A stretch of DNA of 64,000 bases, taken from the human T2T-CHM13v2.0 reference genome, Homo sapiens. Positions within the stretch are counted from its first letter, which is position 1, and each line of letters starts with the position of its first letter. Position numbers and translations under genes: made by a program. Of the stretch, positions 12,555 through 23,250 are shown one piece after another. The notes beneath the pieces were generated by a model. That model made no database searches. It was not told the origin of the DNA and worked only from the letters and a program-made list of their open reading frames with translations. Location: assembly GCF_009914755.1 (NCBI RefSeq), contig NC_060929.1; one strand, 5' to 3'.

Positions 12555-13625
12555 TATTCATTCACTGAACAAAGAATGACTGAGTGCCCTTTATATGCTG
12601 ACACTGTTCTAGGTGCTGGGAATGAAGTAGTGAATAAAAACATCAAGAATCGCCATTCTCAAGGCGCTAACATTCCAGTGAGGAAGCGGCCAGCAAGCAG
12701 ACTCCTGAGAAGGACACACGGCACCTCAGAGAGCAGCGTGCTAGAGAGGAGAACAAGCGGGAAGGGCATTAGAGATGGCTGGAAGGAGGGGGATGTGGTT
12801 TTAAATTGGTTGGTGGTAAAACACTGTCTCCCTGAGAAGCAGACATTTGAACAAAGACTTGAAGGAGGTGAGGGAGTGAGTCAAGAACCAGGAGACTGTT
12901 GTAGCAAATGAGAAGTCCGTGATGCTGGAACTTGACTGGAAGATTCAGTATCAGCAAGGAGACCAAGGGGCTGGTGCAGAACCAGGGTGCAAAGCAGGGA
13001 GTGAGGGGAGAGAGCAGGGGGCAAGGAGTTGGTGTGAGAGGGTCAGCAGGCAAAGGGGAGGAGAAAGAAGACGGCATGTGTGGAGCCTTTTGGGGCACTG
13101 AGAGGAACTGGGCTTTTCTCTGAGATTGAAAACCACAGAGAGGCACTGGTCAGAGCAATAAAATGGCTTTGGTTTTCATTGATAGCCTCCTTCTGGCTGC
13201 TATTGAGGTGATTTTGCTCCTATCAAAGGCAGAAGTGGATGGAGGACAGTAGTGGTGGCAGCAGAAGAGGCAGAAGGAATTGGCTGAATTCTGGGTAATT
13301 TTTGATGTCAGAGCCAATGGGGTGGATGAATTGAATACACATGTGATAACAGGTGACAGTCAAAGATAATACCTGATTTTCACAGTTGAGCACCTGGAAG
13401 CATGGAATTACCATTTCCTGACCTGGGAAAGGCCACTCAGGAAGAGTGGATTGGCGGTGGGTGAGGTTGAAAGTTCACTCTTGGCTATGAGGAGTGTGAC
13501 CTGTCAGTGAGACTTCAGAGCAGCCATGTGAGTTGGGTGCTGTATAGGGCTGTGCAGTTCAAAGGAGAATTGTGGGCTACACATCTGGCCGTTGGCAAAG
13601 AACAGATGACATTTAAAGTTAGAGG
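12555..13625 (-). mobile_element. L2 (L2a-like) 3' region
   Basis: ATTCATTCACTGAACAAAGAATGACTGAGTGCCC...CACTGTTCTAGGTGCTGGGAAT 3' end. Internal GACATTTGAACAAAGACTTGAAGGAGGTGAGGGAGTGAG and TTGAGCACCTGGAAGCATGGAATTACCATTT. Confidence 0.85.
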
Positions 13626-13784
13626 GTACCCAACTGGAAGACCTGTTTCACATTGTTGCCCAGTGTTTTAAAAGAAGAGATTTGTGTACCTTTCAATGGA
13701 GCATATGACCTTCAATTGTCTACACTGGCCGCCAATCTCTTTTGCTTTATTCCTATCCTACTTCACTCACTTGCGAAGCCTGCA

Positions 13785-13885
13785 GTCTTGTAAGCTCCTC
13801 GAGAGTAAGGATCGTGAACTTCATGGTTCAGTGATGCATGTTTTTGGCACCGAGTCTGTTCTCAGAAAGTGACAAACGAATGAAT
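13785..13885 (+). mobile_element. L2 3' end fragment
   Basis: TGTAAGCTCCTCGAGAGTAAGGA...AAACGAATGAAT. Confidence 0.5.
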
Positions 13886-15089
13886 TATTTCTGGTACAGA
13901 AAATGCAATGTGCTCAACAAAGTTTAAAGGAAACTGAACTCCCAGGAGTATACTGGAAGATCAGAGAGTGAAGCAGGAAACAGACTCAGAAGAAAGAAAT
14001 GTACCAGAATAATCCTTTTACTGCCAGGCAGTCCCAAGGGATGGAAAACTGGATTGGGATAGACAAGTGACTCAGGTGGGAGAAACTGAGAATGACAACT
14101 GAAAGCAGGCATAGTCATAGATATTAGAATCAGTCCCAGTCAACAATAGAGGCACAAATTTGTTGGCATCACAAGCTGGCTCCCCCCAGCCAGGCTGTCC
14201 AGTTGCACACCCTCAAGGTTCTCGTAGCCCAACTAATGGCCACTCCACATTGCACAAATGAATGAAGTGCTTTCATGTGTCCTTAACTATGACTGAGCTG
14301 TTCTCCAGGACCTGTCTGCCCATTTCAGCCCATCTCACTCAATATTCAATGATCTAGCCGAGTGTTCTGCTCCTGTAACACCACCTCCCCATCACCACGT
14401 CATACAAATGGAGAGTCTGTCCATCATGTTACGCATAGTTGAATTTGGCTCCGATTCTGCCCTCTGGCTTCCACAGCACTATGACAATGCCTAGGTAAGA
14501 GTTAGTAAATGTGGGTTGTATTTGATGTCACACAGGATCTAAACACAGAGAACTCACAAATAAGAAAGGGTCATTCTGTCACATAAATGTGCTGCATCCA
14601 AATATCCCTTTAGAGACAGCACATTTCTGTACTAAGAAAAACACATTTACTAAGAGAAGTGTTTATATTTATGCACTAAGAAAGGCAGCATCTATATCCT
14701 GTGGGAAGCAGTCCATGCATCCCAAATATGCCCCCCATATATACCCAAGACAACTATATCTTCGCAGTTTACAATTAAAATGCTACATACTACATTCTGT
14801 TATTTTAACTATTCTAGAATATAAAGAATGGCAGAAAGTTTCCATATGCATCATATGGAGCAAGTATGAACTCATTAAACCATCAAATTATCCTATTTAT
14901 GAAAAGAAAAGTAGATTCTATGTAAAATAGCAAACAAGACAGAACAGTATACAAAAAGAGCTCAATTGTGCTGGAGGAATGCTCATAGAGTTGGCAATCT
15001 TGACCGTCATGAAGGGTAGCCATCCTGCCCTGGTGGGCCTGCCAAAACTTTCTAAAAGAGGTGAAAGTATGAAAAATGTAAAACCCTCA

Positions 15090-15479
15090 CTATTTATTTA
15101 TACCTGATTATATCATATACTTAGGAAAGTCCAAATAATCAATAGAAAAAATCTTTAAGAACAAATTTTCAAAAAAAAATGCGGTTTCATGGCAGGTTAC
15201 ATAATATACACTGAAAATCAATAGCTTTTCTGTAAACTGGCAAAAAATGTACAACATCATTGGGGGAAAATTCATGGTAGCATCAAATATTATAATATGC
15301 CTAGCATAGACATAACAGAAAAGGTGAAAGAAACATAAAAACAAAATGTAGAATTGTTATTGGAAGAGTGAAAACAAAAGGAAAACATTTTATGCAATCA
15401 GTAGAAAAAATCATGTTTCTAGATGGGAGGACACAGTATTTTTTAAATGCCACTTCTTAACAGAGAGAGAGAGACAGAG

Positions 15480-15521
<42 letters not shown>

Positions 15522-16240
15522 TGCGCGCGCACATTCAATGCAATCCCCCCAAAATATCTATTTTAATTCTTTTTCTACTTGAAAATTCAAGTCTAAATTA
15601 ATCTCAAAGAGAACCTGAAGAAAACCAGTTTTGAAAAAGAAAATCAGCTATCAAAATATACTCTAAAATAAATAGCCTGTTAGTAGTACAGATATAAACA
15701 AATATATCAATGGAACACAAGGTGTCCAGATAAACTCATAGGCATATGAGAGCTTAGTAAAAACCATTATTTGGTAAACAATAATATTTAACAAATGATA
15801 AGTGTTAGGAAAATTATGTACCATTTTGGAAAATATAGGTCTCTGTCTCATATGATATTGTACACTTTTCCAGGAAGATCAACATATTTGGGAGAAACAA
15901 ACTCCAAACAAGAAAATGAATAGCTATGAAAATAGGCAAAACGTATAAGGCCATTATTTTTATTTTATAATCTTTCATTGAGAAAGGTCTTTCTAAACAA
16001 GATGCAAAAGGCAAAAGTTATAAAGAAGAGTAAATCAAATTAAAATTTCACTAAGTCCAAAGATATCATAAACAACTTAAAATACAAAAGGAGACTGAAC
16101 AATTTTTGCAAAGTATATAATGAAGAGTTGATAAAACATGGTATAAGAAGCCCTATAAATAAAGAAGAAAAAAACACCCAATTTGTAAAAATGGCCAAAA
16201 TATATAAGCAGGCAACTCACTAAAGGAGAATTAATACAAA
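15090..16240 (+). mobile_element. Old L1M (L1MD/ME-like) ORF2 fragment
   Basis: A-rich sense L1 ORF2 remnants (AAAATCAATAGCTTTTCTGTA; ATTCAATGCAATCCC; AACACCCAATTTGTAAAAATGGCCAAAA). Confidence 0.75.
15462..15534. repeat. Compound (AG)n-(TG)18-(CG)-rich microsatellite
   Basis: Directly read; unbroken purine/pyrimidine alternation over 15482-15534. Confidence 0.95.
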
Positions 16241-16311
16241 CTGCTCAGGGATGGAAGGAAGCAGCCTCCATTTCAGAATGACCAGGGGAATGCACATTGC
16301 CAGGAGGATGA

Positions 16312-16513
16312 GATAATATCCAGTAGATCACACTGGGTGATAAAATCCAGTAGATCATACTAGGTGATAATATCCAGTAGATCACACTAGGTGATAATAT
16401 CCAGTAGATCACACTGGGTGATAATATCCAGTAGATCACACTAGGTGATAATATCCAGTAGACCACACTAGGTGATAATATCCAGTAGATCGCACTAGGT
16501 GATAATATCCAGT
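16312..16513. repeat. 27-bp minisatellite, about 7.5 copies, consensus GATAATATCCAGTAGATCACACTAGGT
   Basis: Units start at 16312, 16339, 16366, 16393, 16420, 16447, 16474 and 16501 (partial); 0-2 substitutions per unit. Confidence 0.97.
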
Positions 16514-16654
16514 GCTAATCTGCATGGGGCCTGGATGGGATATTCTCACCTTCAATACTTGTTCAAGTTGGCAGAAACTTTCAGAAAATCAATTTGCCAG
16601 TAACTATTGAAATGGAAAGTGTGTATAGTCTTTTTTTCCCCCCAAATTCCTTAT

Positions 16655-16822
16655 CCAGGAAGGAAGAAAGAAGGTAGGAAGAAAGAAGGAAGAAACAAAA
16701 GGAGGACATTGGAGGGAGAGACAGGGGAAGGAGGGAATCCAGGAGGAATGAAGGAAGAGCAGAGAAGATGGGGGAGAAACAGAGGGAGGAAGAAGGGGAA
16801 AAAGGAGAGACTGAGAAAAAAG
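16655..16822. repeat. GA-rich low-complexity tract
   Basis: Almost pure purine strand (GGAAGGAAGAAAGAAGG...). Confidence 0.85.
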
Positions 16823-17672
16823 CAATTCAAAAATCATCACTAGTTTATCTTCAGCTATAATGAACCTAAATAGTCTTCATAGTATTATTACAATGTGAAG
16901 CTATCTTTCTTCATCTCTAATTTGGGAAAATTTTACCAAAGCTGTATATGAAATAATTTAAAATTGATAATATAAATAATCACCTGCTGAGTAGTTATGT
17001 TTTATCCTACTTGTTGCTGCTAAATAGTTTGAAATATAGTTTATATCACACATAGTTTATTTGAAAGCAGCTTACATATATAGTAATAACTCAAAGCTTT
17101 GGACATATGTAAAATGTCTATTTTAATGTCTGTACTTATGTTCACATAAAATGATGTTTTACCTGGTTCACTGAAAATACAAAATGAGTTACATATTTTT
17201 TATTCACTTTTGTATTGGTAAGATTTTATTTTCTTTGCTGAAACCTCCATGACCAAACACTGACTAGAAGATATAAATGATCATGTCAAAACTAATTATA
17301 AATAGATCAACTACGGCAAAACTTTTATTTAAATTCCTTCTTACTATACTCTTAGCTTCTACTTAATAAAATGCAAAACTTACTAAAATGCATGTTCTGT
17401 ACCTTAGCATCTTCTTAATAATACATACACACAGCGACACAAAGTGGTTATTTAAACAATGCAAATTCTTAGTGTCATGTTTTCCTTTATGTCCAGAAAT
17501 ATACCACCATTTTTACTATAATTTAAAAATCTGACCATATGGTCATTTTTTTTAACACTACCCTAGTAGAGTTTACGTCTTGTAGGGGCAAAAAATATTA
17601 AACTCCAAATCACATGAACAGCCCAGTGATAAACTGATAACCACACTGCAGGAAATGCACAGAGATCCATGA

Positions 17673-18060
17673 AGGTGGCATGTGGCAGTCAGAGTGCAGT
17701 GTGCTCGTCAGAGTGCACAGTTACATTTCCAGGGACGCTGTGAGTCTTTAAATGCAGACACCATTAAAAATTAAATTATATATGCTTATAATTAAATCAT
17801 TTATATTAAAAATAAGATAATATTTTACATTTTACTATGATTTATGCTTTTGAGGTTATTTTTATCTTTTGTGTCTATGGTGAAAATACTATAATGTGTT
17901 ACTTTGCCTCTCTTTCCAACTCCATGCGACCTCATGTTGGTAGCTTGAAATTGACCACGGTGGGAGTATTTAGACCACAGATACGAGCAAAGACTACGGA
18001 TCAGTGGCTTTTTTTTGGTCCCAGAGATCTAGTTGTTAAACATTTTCCAGCATACCATTG
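17673..18060 (+). mobile_element. MER63 (hAT-Blackjack) DNA transposon
   Basis: ATTAAAAATTAAATTATAT...TGTTGGTAGCTTGAAATTGACCACGGTGGGAGTATTTAGACCAC...GTTGTTAAACATTTTCCAGCATACCATTG terminus. Confidence 0.85.
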
Positions 18061-18699
18061 CAGGAGGCTGTATATCAGGCAGCAGTGATCTAACCTGCAG
18101 ATAGCAGGTATGTCAAGATGAACAGGGAAGATGCAGCAGATGCTGCTAGTTGTCCACCCACACTCATTCTCAGCCACTGTTTTGTTTGTGGTGGCAATTT
18201 GCGCAGCTACAAAACCTCATATCCCAGCCTACTGCCTATGATCTAAACATCTGATTATCTAAGAAAATACTGACTTACTTAGTATTTCTTAAACTGCAGT
18301 AGATTTCCCATTATTTATATACTTTCAAAAACTGCCTTTAAATTTTTTTATAACGTTTATAGTTAGCCTACTTTAAAGTAATAATATCCAAGAATTTATG
18401 GATCAGATGTATTATGAATGGTTTTTAAATACCCACTAAAATATATAATTGTTGAGCCAGGGGCCACCAGCAACCATGTCATGTCACATCTCGCTACTTC
18501 TCTTGCCCCACCATTTGAGAAAACACTATCTAAATACAGTTATTTCTCTTTCACATCGTAGATAAAGAACATGTTAACCAAAAATGCGGTTCCATTACAT
18601 ATTTTACGTTTTTGAAATTGCTATTGGCTTCATCTTTTTCATGTAAAAGTTTAGCTTCTTAAGCAGCTTAAGTAAAAACATGATTGAAAAGAATATTTT

Positions 18700-19505
18700 A
18701 AAATTACCAACCGAATTGGTAATTTTGGTATATGGTTTTGTGAATTATAACACATATATAGATTCATGTAACTAGTAGCATAATCAAAAGAGAGAAGAGT
18801 TCAACTACCTAAAAAGTTCCCTCATGCAATCCTTTAGATACTCCCTGACAATACCCCAAACCCTAGCAATCTACTGATCTATTGGCCCACTTTCCATCGT
18901 TATGACTGTCCTTGGAGAATGCCATACTAATAAATTGTCATATACTACATAATCTTTTCCAAATGTCTTTTGTCACCCAGCATAATGTCTGTGAGATTCC
19001 TTGAAGCTGTTGTGTACATCAATAGTTTGTCCTTTTACATTGCTGAGTAGTATTCCAGAACATGGACGTGTAGAGTTTAAGCATTCACTAGTTGAGGTTA
19101 TTCAGGTTATTTCCAGTTTTGGACTATCACAAATAAAGCTAGTATAAATACTTGTGTGCAGTTTTGGTGTAGACACAAGTTTTCATTTCTCTAGGGTTAA
19201 TACCTAGAAGTTGGATTCTGGGTCACAGGGTACGTATATATTTATATGAAATTGCCAAACTGTTTTCCACAGTCTATAGTATTTTGCATTCCCTCGAGCC
19301 ATGTATAAGAATTCTACTTGCTCCACATTCTCTCCAGAACCTAGTACTGTTCTGTTTTTAATGTTAGCCATTGTGGTAAGTATATAGTGATCTCTTTGGG
19401 TTTTCATTTGCATTTCCCCAGTGGTTAACGATATTCAACATCCATGTGCTTAGTTGGCATCCTTATACCCTCTGAGATTCAGTGTCTATTCAAGTCCTTC
19501 CATTT
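18700..19505 (-). mobile_element. L1MC/L1MD-type 3' fragment
   Basis: Antisense L1 3' end (TTACATTGCTGAGTAGTATTCC; GAAATTGCCAAACTGTTTTCCA). ORF 19204-19413 (MQMKT...LWKTVWQF) is a decayed ORF2 C-terminus. Confidence 0.85.
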
Positions 19506-20972
19506 TAAACCACAGACCTACTTCTTTTTGACCATATTCCTAGATAAAATTTGTAAGACATAAAAATATGGCTGGATTCCACAGTTTGCTAGAATTTCTT
19601 ATGCTGTCAACTCATTTTCCTTTCAAAAATTCAATAAATGTGGTCTGAAAATTATTGAATAGGAAAAAACGTGACTAGAGGAGCTTTCCAACACACAGTT
19701 TTACTTCCTTGGAGTGAAATGAAAGCAGAATGGGTTGGGAGATGCATTCTCCTGGATAATGTAACCAAATATGCAGAGAAGTTAATGAGTAATAACACAG
19801 TGATTGGCACACAGCTGCCCACATAACATTTACATTCACATAAATTTATTCTCCATACTTGCTCACTGAGGTGTCCTAATTCACATATGATTGTTATTCA
19901 TTTTATTTATAAATTTTAAACTAGATTTATTATTAGGAAAGCATTTATCATCGGCAGGCACAGCTGTGTGTGAAACAACAACTTAGTGAATGCGTACGAG
20001 ATCGTCTCTGTGAATTTCGTTCTAGGTTTATTGTATTTATTCCAATGCCTCTTGCCTCCACCTGCTCTAGTAATGGCTCAGATTCATATTCTAGAAAGAG
20101 CTTTGCAGCCAGTCCAGTACCACTCCTGGCCCACACTGACAGAGGGTAAAATCCCTGATGTGAATTCATGCTGATAGGTGGTGCAGGCAAACCTCATGAT
20201 AAAACAAAATCTCAGCTTCTCCTGAGGGTCTAACTTTCTGTCTTTATTGTTTTAACATTTGGCTTTTTGCTACACAGAGCTTGCAACCACATTTTTAAGA
20301 ACTCTAGTCAATGAGATTTTTTTAAATTTTCATATGAAAATAATGATGCACATATTTTTGAAGCCAGACGCTGACAGTCAAAGAATCAGAAAATGGTTCA
20401 CAATTGTGTTTTACATACTAAAAACGTAATATATTTTGAGATGTATGCTGAGCTTTATCCTTTATGTGCTATTTATAAAACATAATGTTAAAATAAAATT
20501 AAAATGTAGTTTCCATAGCTATAATTTATTTCATAGCTTTTGAATGTACATGTATATTTATCACACATTTACTCTTTGGCAAATATGGACTAGGCACTAA
20601 ATAAAAGATCTAAAAGATCCACAAAATGCCAGATGTAATGAGAACTACTCAAATATCTCAAGACATTTCATTTGAATTTTATATTCAAATTATTGTGCCT
20701 GACTACAAATGTTGGCCTTAAGAAATAAAAAGAACATGCACCTGTACAGACACATGCACACATGCACACACACACACAGAAACACACTATGTTTTAATTT
20801 TGGTTTTTCATTGCTTAGATAATTTGCTTAGATAATCTGACATTCTTAAATATTAATGAATATATCAGGATTGACCACAGTTCATCAAAAGCCTTCAATA
20901 ATCTATAGTACACTTAATCTCTCGAATGAGATAAAATATGCCAAATAATTGTTCATCAAAATAAAAGTAGAA

Positions 20973-21150
20973 GGCCTGGCATGGTGGCTCACCCCTGTAA
21001 TCCCAACACTTTGGGAGGCTGAGGTGGGAGGATCACTTGAGCTCAGGAGGTTGAGGCTACAGCGAGACGTGATTACACCACCACAGTCTAGCCTGGGTCA
21101 CAGAGCGAGACCTTGTCTCAAAAAATAAAATTAAAAATAAGAAACAAATA
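20973..21150 (+). mobile_element. Monomeric Alu (FRAM/FAM-like or left-right arm chimera of AluJ)
   Basis: Left-arm-type start GGCTCACCCCTGTAATCCCAACACTTTGGGAGG runs directly into right-arm-type GTTGAGGCTACAGCGAGACGTGATTACACCAC...CTAGCCTGGG, then an A-tail. Confidence 0.88.
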
Positions 21151-21469
21151 AAATCACGAGACTGTTTAGGAGGGGAACTGTAACCATAATGAAGAAATCA
21201 AAAAGCAAGATGAATGTGACCATCTGCTTCCAGATTTTTGAAAACACAGAGTGAAGTTTTAGAAAGTCTGAAGCTTTCAAAATTCCATGATACCAGTTAT
21301 GACACGGATTATTATTACCACCTAGTATCCTCCTGTCCTGGTTCCAGTTGCTTTCCCAGTGACACATGTCCACCTCCAGGCTCTTTTGGGGAGGTCTCCA
21401 TAAATGATGGGGTTTTGGATGTTTACTGGGATGGCCCATTTATTTTAAGAAGTGCAAACAGTTCAATAG

Positions 21470-21705
21470 TGCTTCCTGGGTACCACACACAAAGTGCTTT
21501 CTTTTTTCCCATGTGTTATCTCATTCATTCCTCTCATCCACACCAACAGGTAGGTACAATTCTTAATAACATCCCCATTTTATGGAAGAGTAACTCATGT
21601 GTCGAGAAGTTAAATAATTTATTCCAGGTCCCAGCACTAGGAAGGGGCACAGCTGGGATTCCAACTACTGGCAGTCTGGCTCCAGAGTTTAAAATCTTAA
21701 CCACA
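21470..21705 (-). mobile_element. MIR
   Basis: CATCCCCATTTTATGGAAGAGTAACT...GGCAGTCTGGCTCCAGAG...TCTTAACCAC. Confidence 0.85.
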
Positions 21706-21979
21706 CCCTGCCTCCTGGGAAGACAGAAATGCAAAGCATCTCATATGCAGAGCAGAATGTCAAATTCTACTTCTACAAAGGAAGTTCTGGAATGACTGAA
21801 GGCTCATGCCCGTCATCACAGTTACATCTCCTCTTTGCAAGTGCTCTGGTTCCTCGTCGGTGAGTGGGACCCTTGAAGCAGTTATTGATGCCAAAATGGA
21901 GAGATGCTAAAGTGACAATTCTGATTTCTAAGCCGATACCCAGTCAATGTTTTAAATAACGTATCTGAGACAGAATCCA

Positions 21980-21990
21980 GTGACTCAGCA
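21980..21990 (+). promoter_or_regulatory. Consensus ARE/NF-E2 (CNC-sMAF)/AP-1 motif GTGACTCAGCA
   Basis: Exact match to RTGACTCAGCA in non-repeat DNA, with a TGACGCA CRE-like site about 10 bp downstream. Motif only; no functional evidence. Confidence 0.4.
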
Positions 21991-22623
21991 ACTACTTGTG
22001 ACGCATTCTAATTACCATTGAACATTTGGTTCTCTCTAGACACTCTGCTGTCACCAAAACACTGCTATTTCATGCATGAAAACTTGCTTAGCAAAAATAT
22101 TTTCAAGAAGAACAAGGACAGCTGTCAAAAATCATCATAACCTTTGCAATGTGAGGAATCATAAAATAAGCTGCTGGGTAATCTTTAAGTGTGAGATGGA
22201 AACCGGGTATAGCATTCAAAGCTCATAACACAGAATACTACCATGCACACATCCCGTATATCGCTTTATGATGCTAATAAACCACACATGCCCATGTGGC
22301 TTCACATGAACTCTGCAACTACCACATGGGGCAGGTAAACGGCATTTTACTGGCATGTTCTCAGAAAAGGTGAAAGCATCAATCCATGGTTACTACCCTG
22401 TGGCAAAGGAGCTTTTAGACTGGTGTTCTTGCCTTTACAAGATGGGCAACATTCTTCATTTCCTGAGGTCTTGGTACAAGGAAGGTTTTATTCAGTAGTG
22501 TGGGTGTGTCTTACACATATTTGTAAGTATGTGTAAATATCAGAAAATGCATATGTAGATATCTGTACATATGTCTATATATATGCTTTCTGTGAATGAT
22601 TTTCAGATATCTCTTTCTACAGC

Positions 22624-22671
<48 letters not shown>

Positions 22672-22676
22672 TGTAT
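22624..22676. repeat. (TA)7(TG)n compound microsatellite
   Basis: Directly read. Confidence 0.95.
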
Positions 22677-22916
22677 CTGGACTTTCTTTCTCCTATCAGC
22701 CATTATTCCATGAAAAAGAAATAAACTAATACAAAGTAGTAAAATAAAAATTTCTATACATATTAATAGATATATATGTCTTTATTCACTAAGAGGTATA
22801 TACATCTTTCATTAATAAAAATATATCTATCATTAATAAAAATATATATTCATTAATAGATATATACATACCTATATTTATTCATGCAATTATTCTTCAT
22901 ATAAATATTAAGAAAA

Positions 22917-23250
22917 GGCTGGGTGTGGTGGCTCACGCCTGTAATCCCAGCACTTTGGGATGCTGAGGGGGGCAGATCACTTGAGGCTAGGAGAGTAAGA
23001 CCAGTATGGCCAACATGGTGAAACCCTGTCTCTACTTAAAAATATAAAAATTAGCTAGGTAGGGTTGTGGGTGCCTGTAATCCCAGATACTCAGGAGGCT
23101 GAGGCAGGAGAATTGCTTGAACCTGGGAAGCAGAGGGAAGATTGCGCCACTACACTCCAGCCTGGATGACAGAGCTGCAGTGAGCCCAGATCCTGCCATT
23201 ACACTCCAGCCTGGATGACGGAGTGAGACTCTGTCTCAAAATAATAATAA
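22917..23250 (+). mobile_element. AluS with internal duplication in the right arm
   Basis: Dimer from GGCTGGGTGTGGTGGCTCAC; TACACTCCAGCCTGGATGAC present twice; (AAT)n tail. Confidence 0.93.

Noticed and set aside
16245-16513. Regular repeat array as a CRISPR array, or its ORF (VIYWILSPS)n as a repeat protein
   Set aside because: Units are contiguous with no unique spacers, there are no cas genes, and the DNA is primate. The ORF is open only because the 27-bp unit lacks a stop in that frame.
17163-17170. Other tiny minus-strand AG..GT units (8 nt here; 62 nt at 26259-26320; 3 nt at 62714-62716)
   Set aside because: Frameshifting or inside repeat-like DNA. They show that pseudo-microexons are common by chance, which also tempers the microexon findings above.
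21238-21795. Longest ORF (185 aa)
   Set aside because: Non-ATG start, runs through a MIR, and has no recognisable domain.
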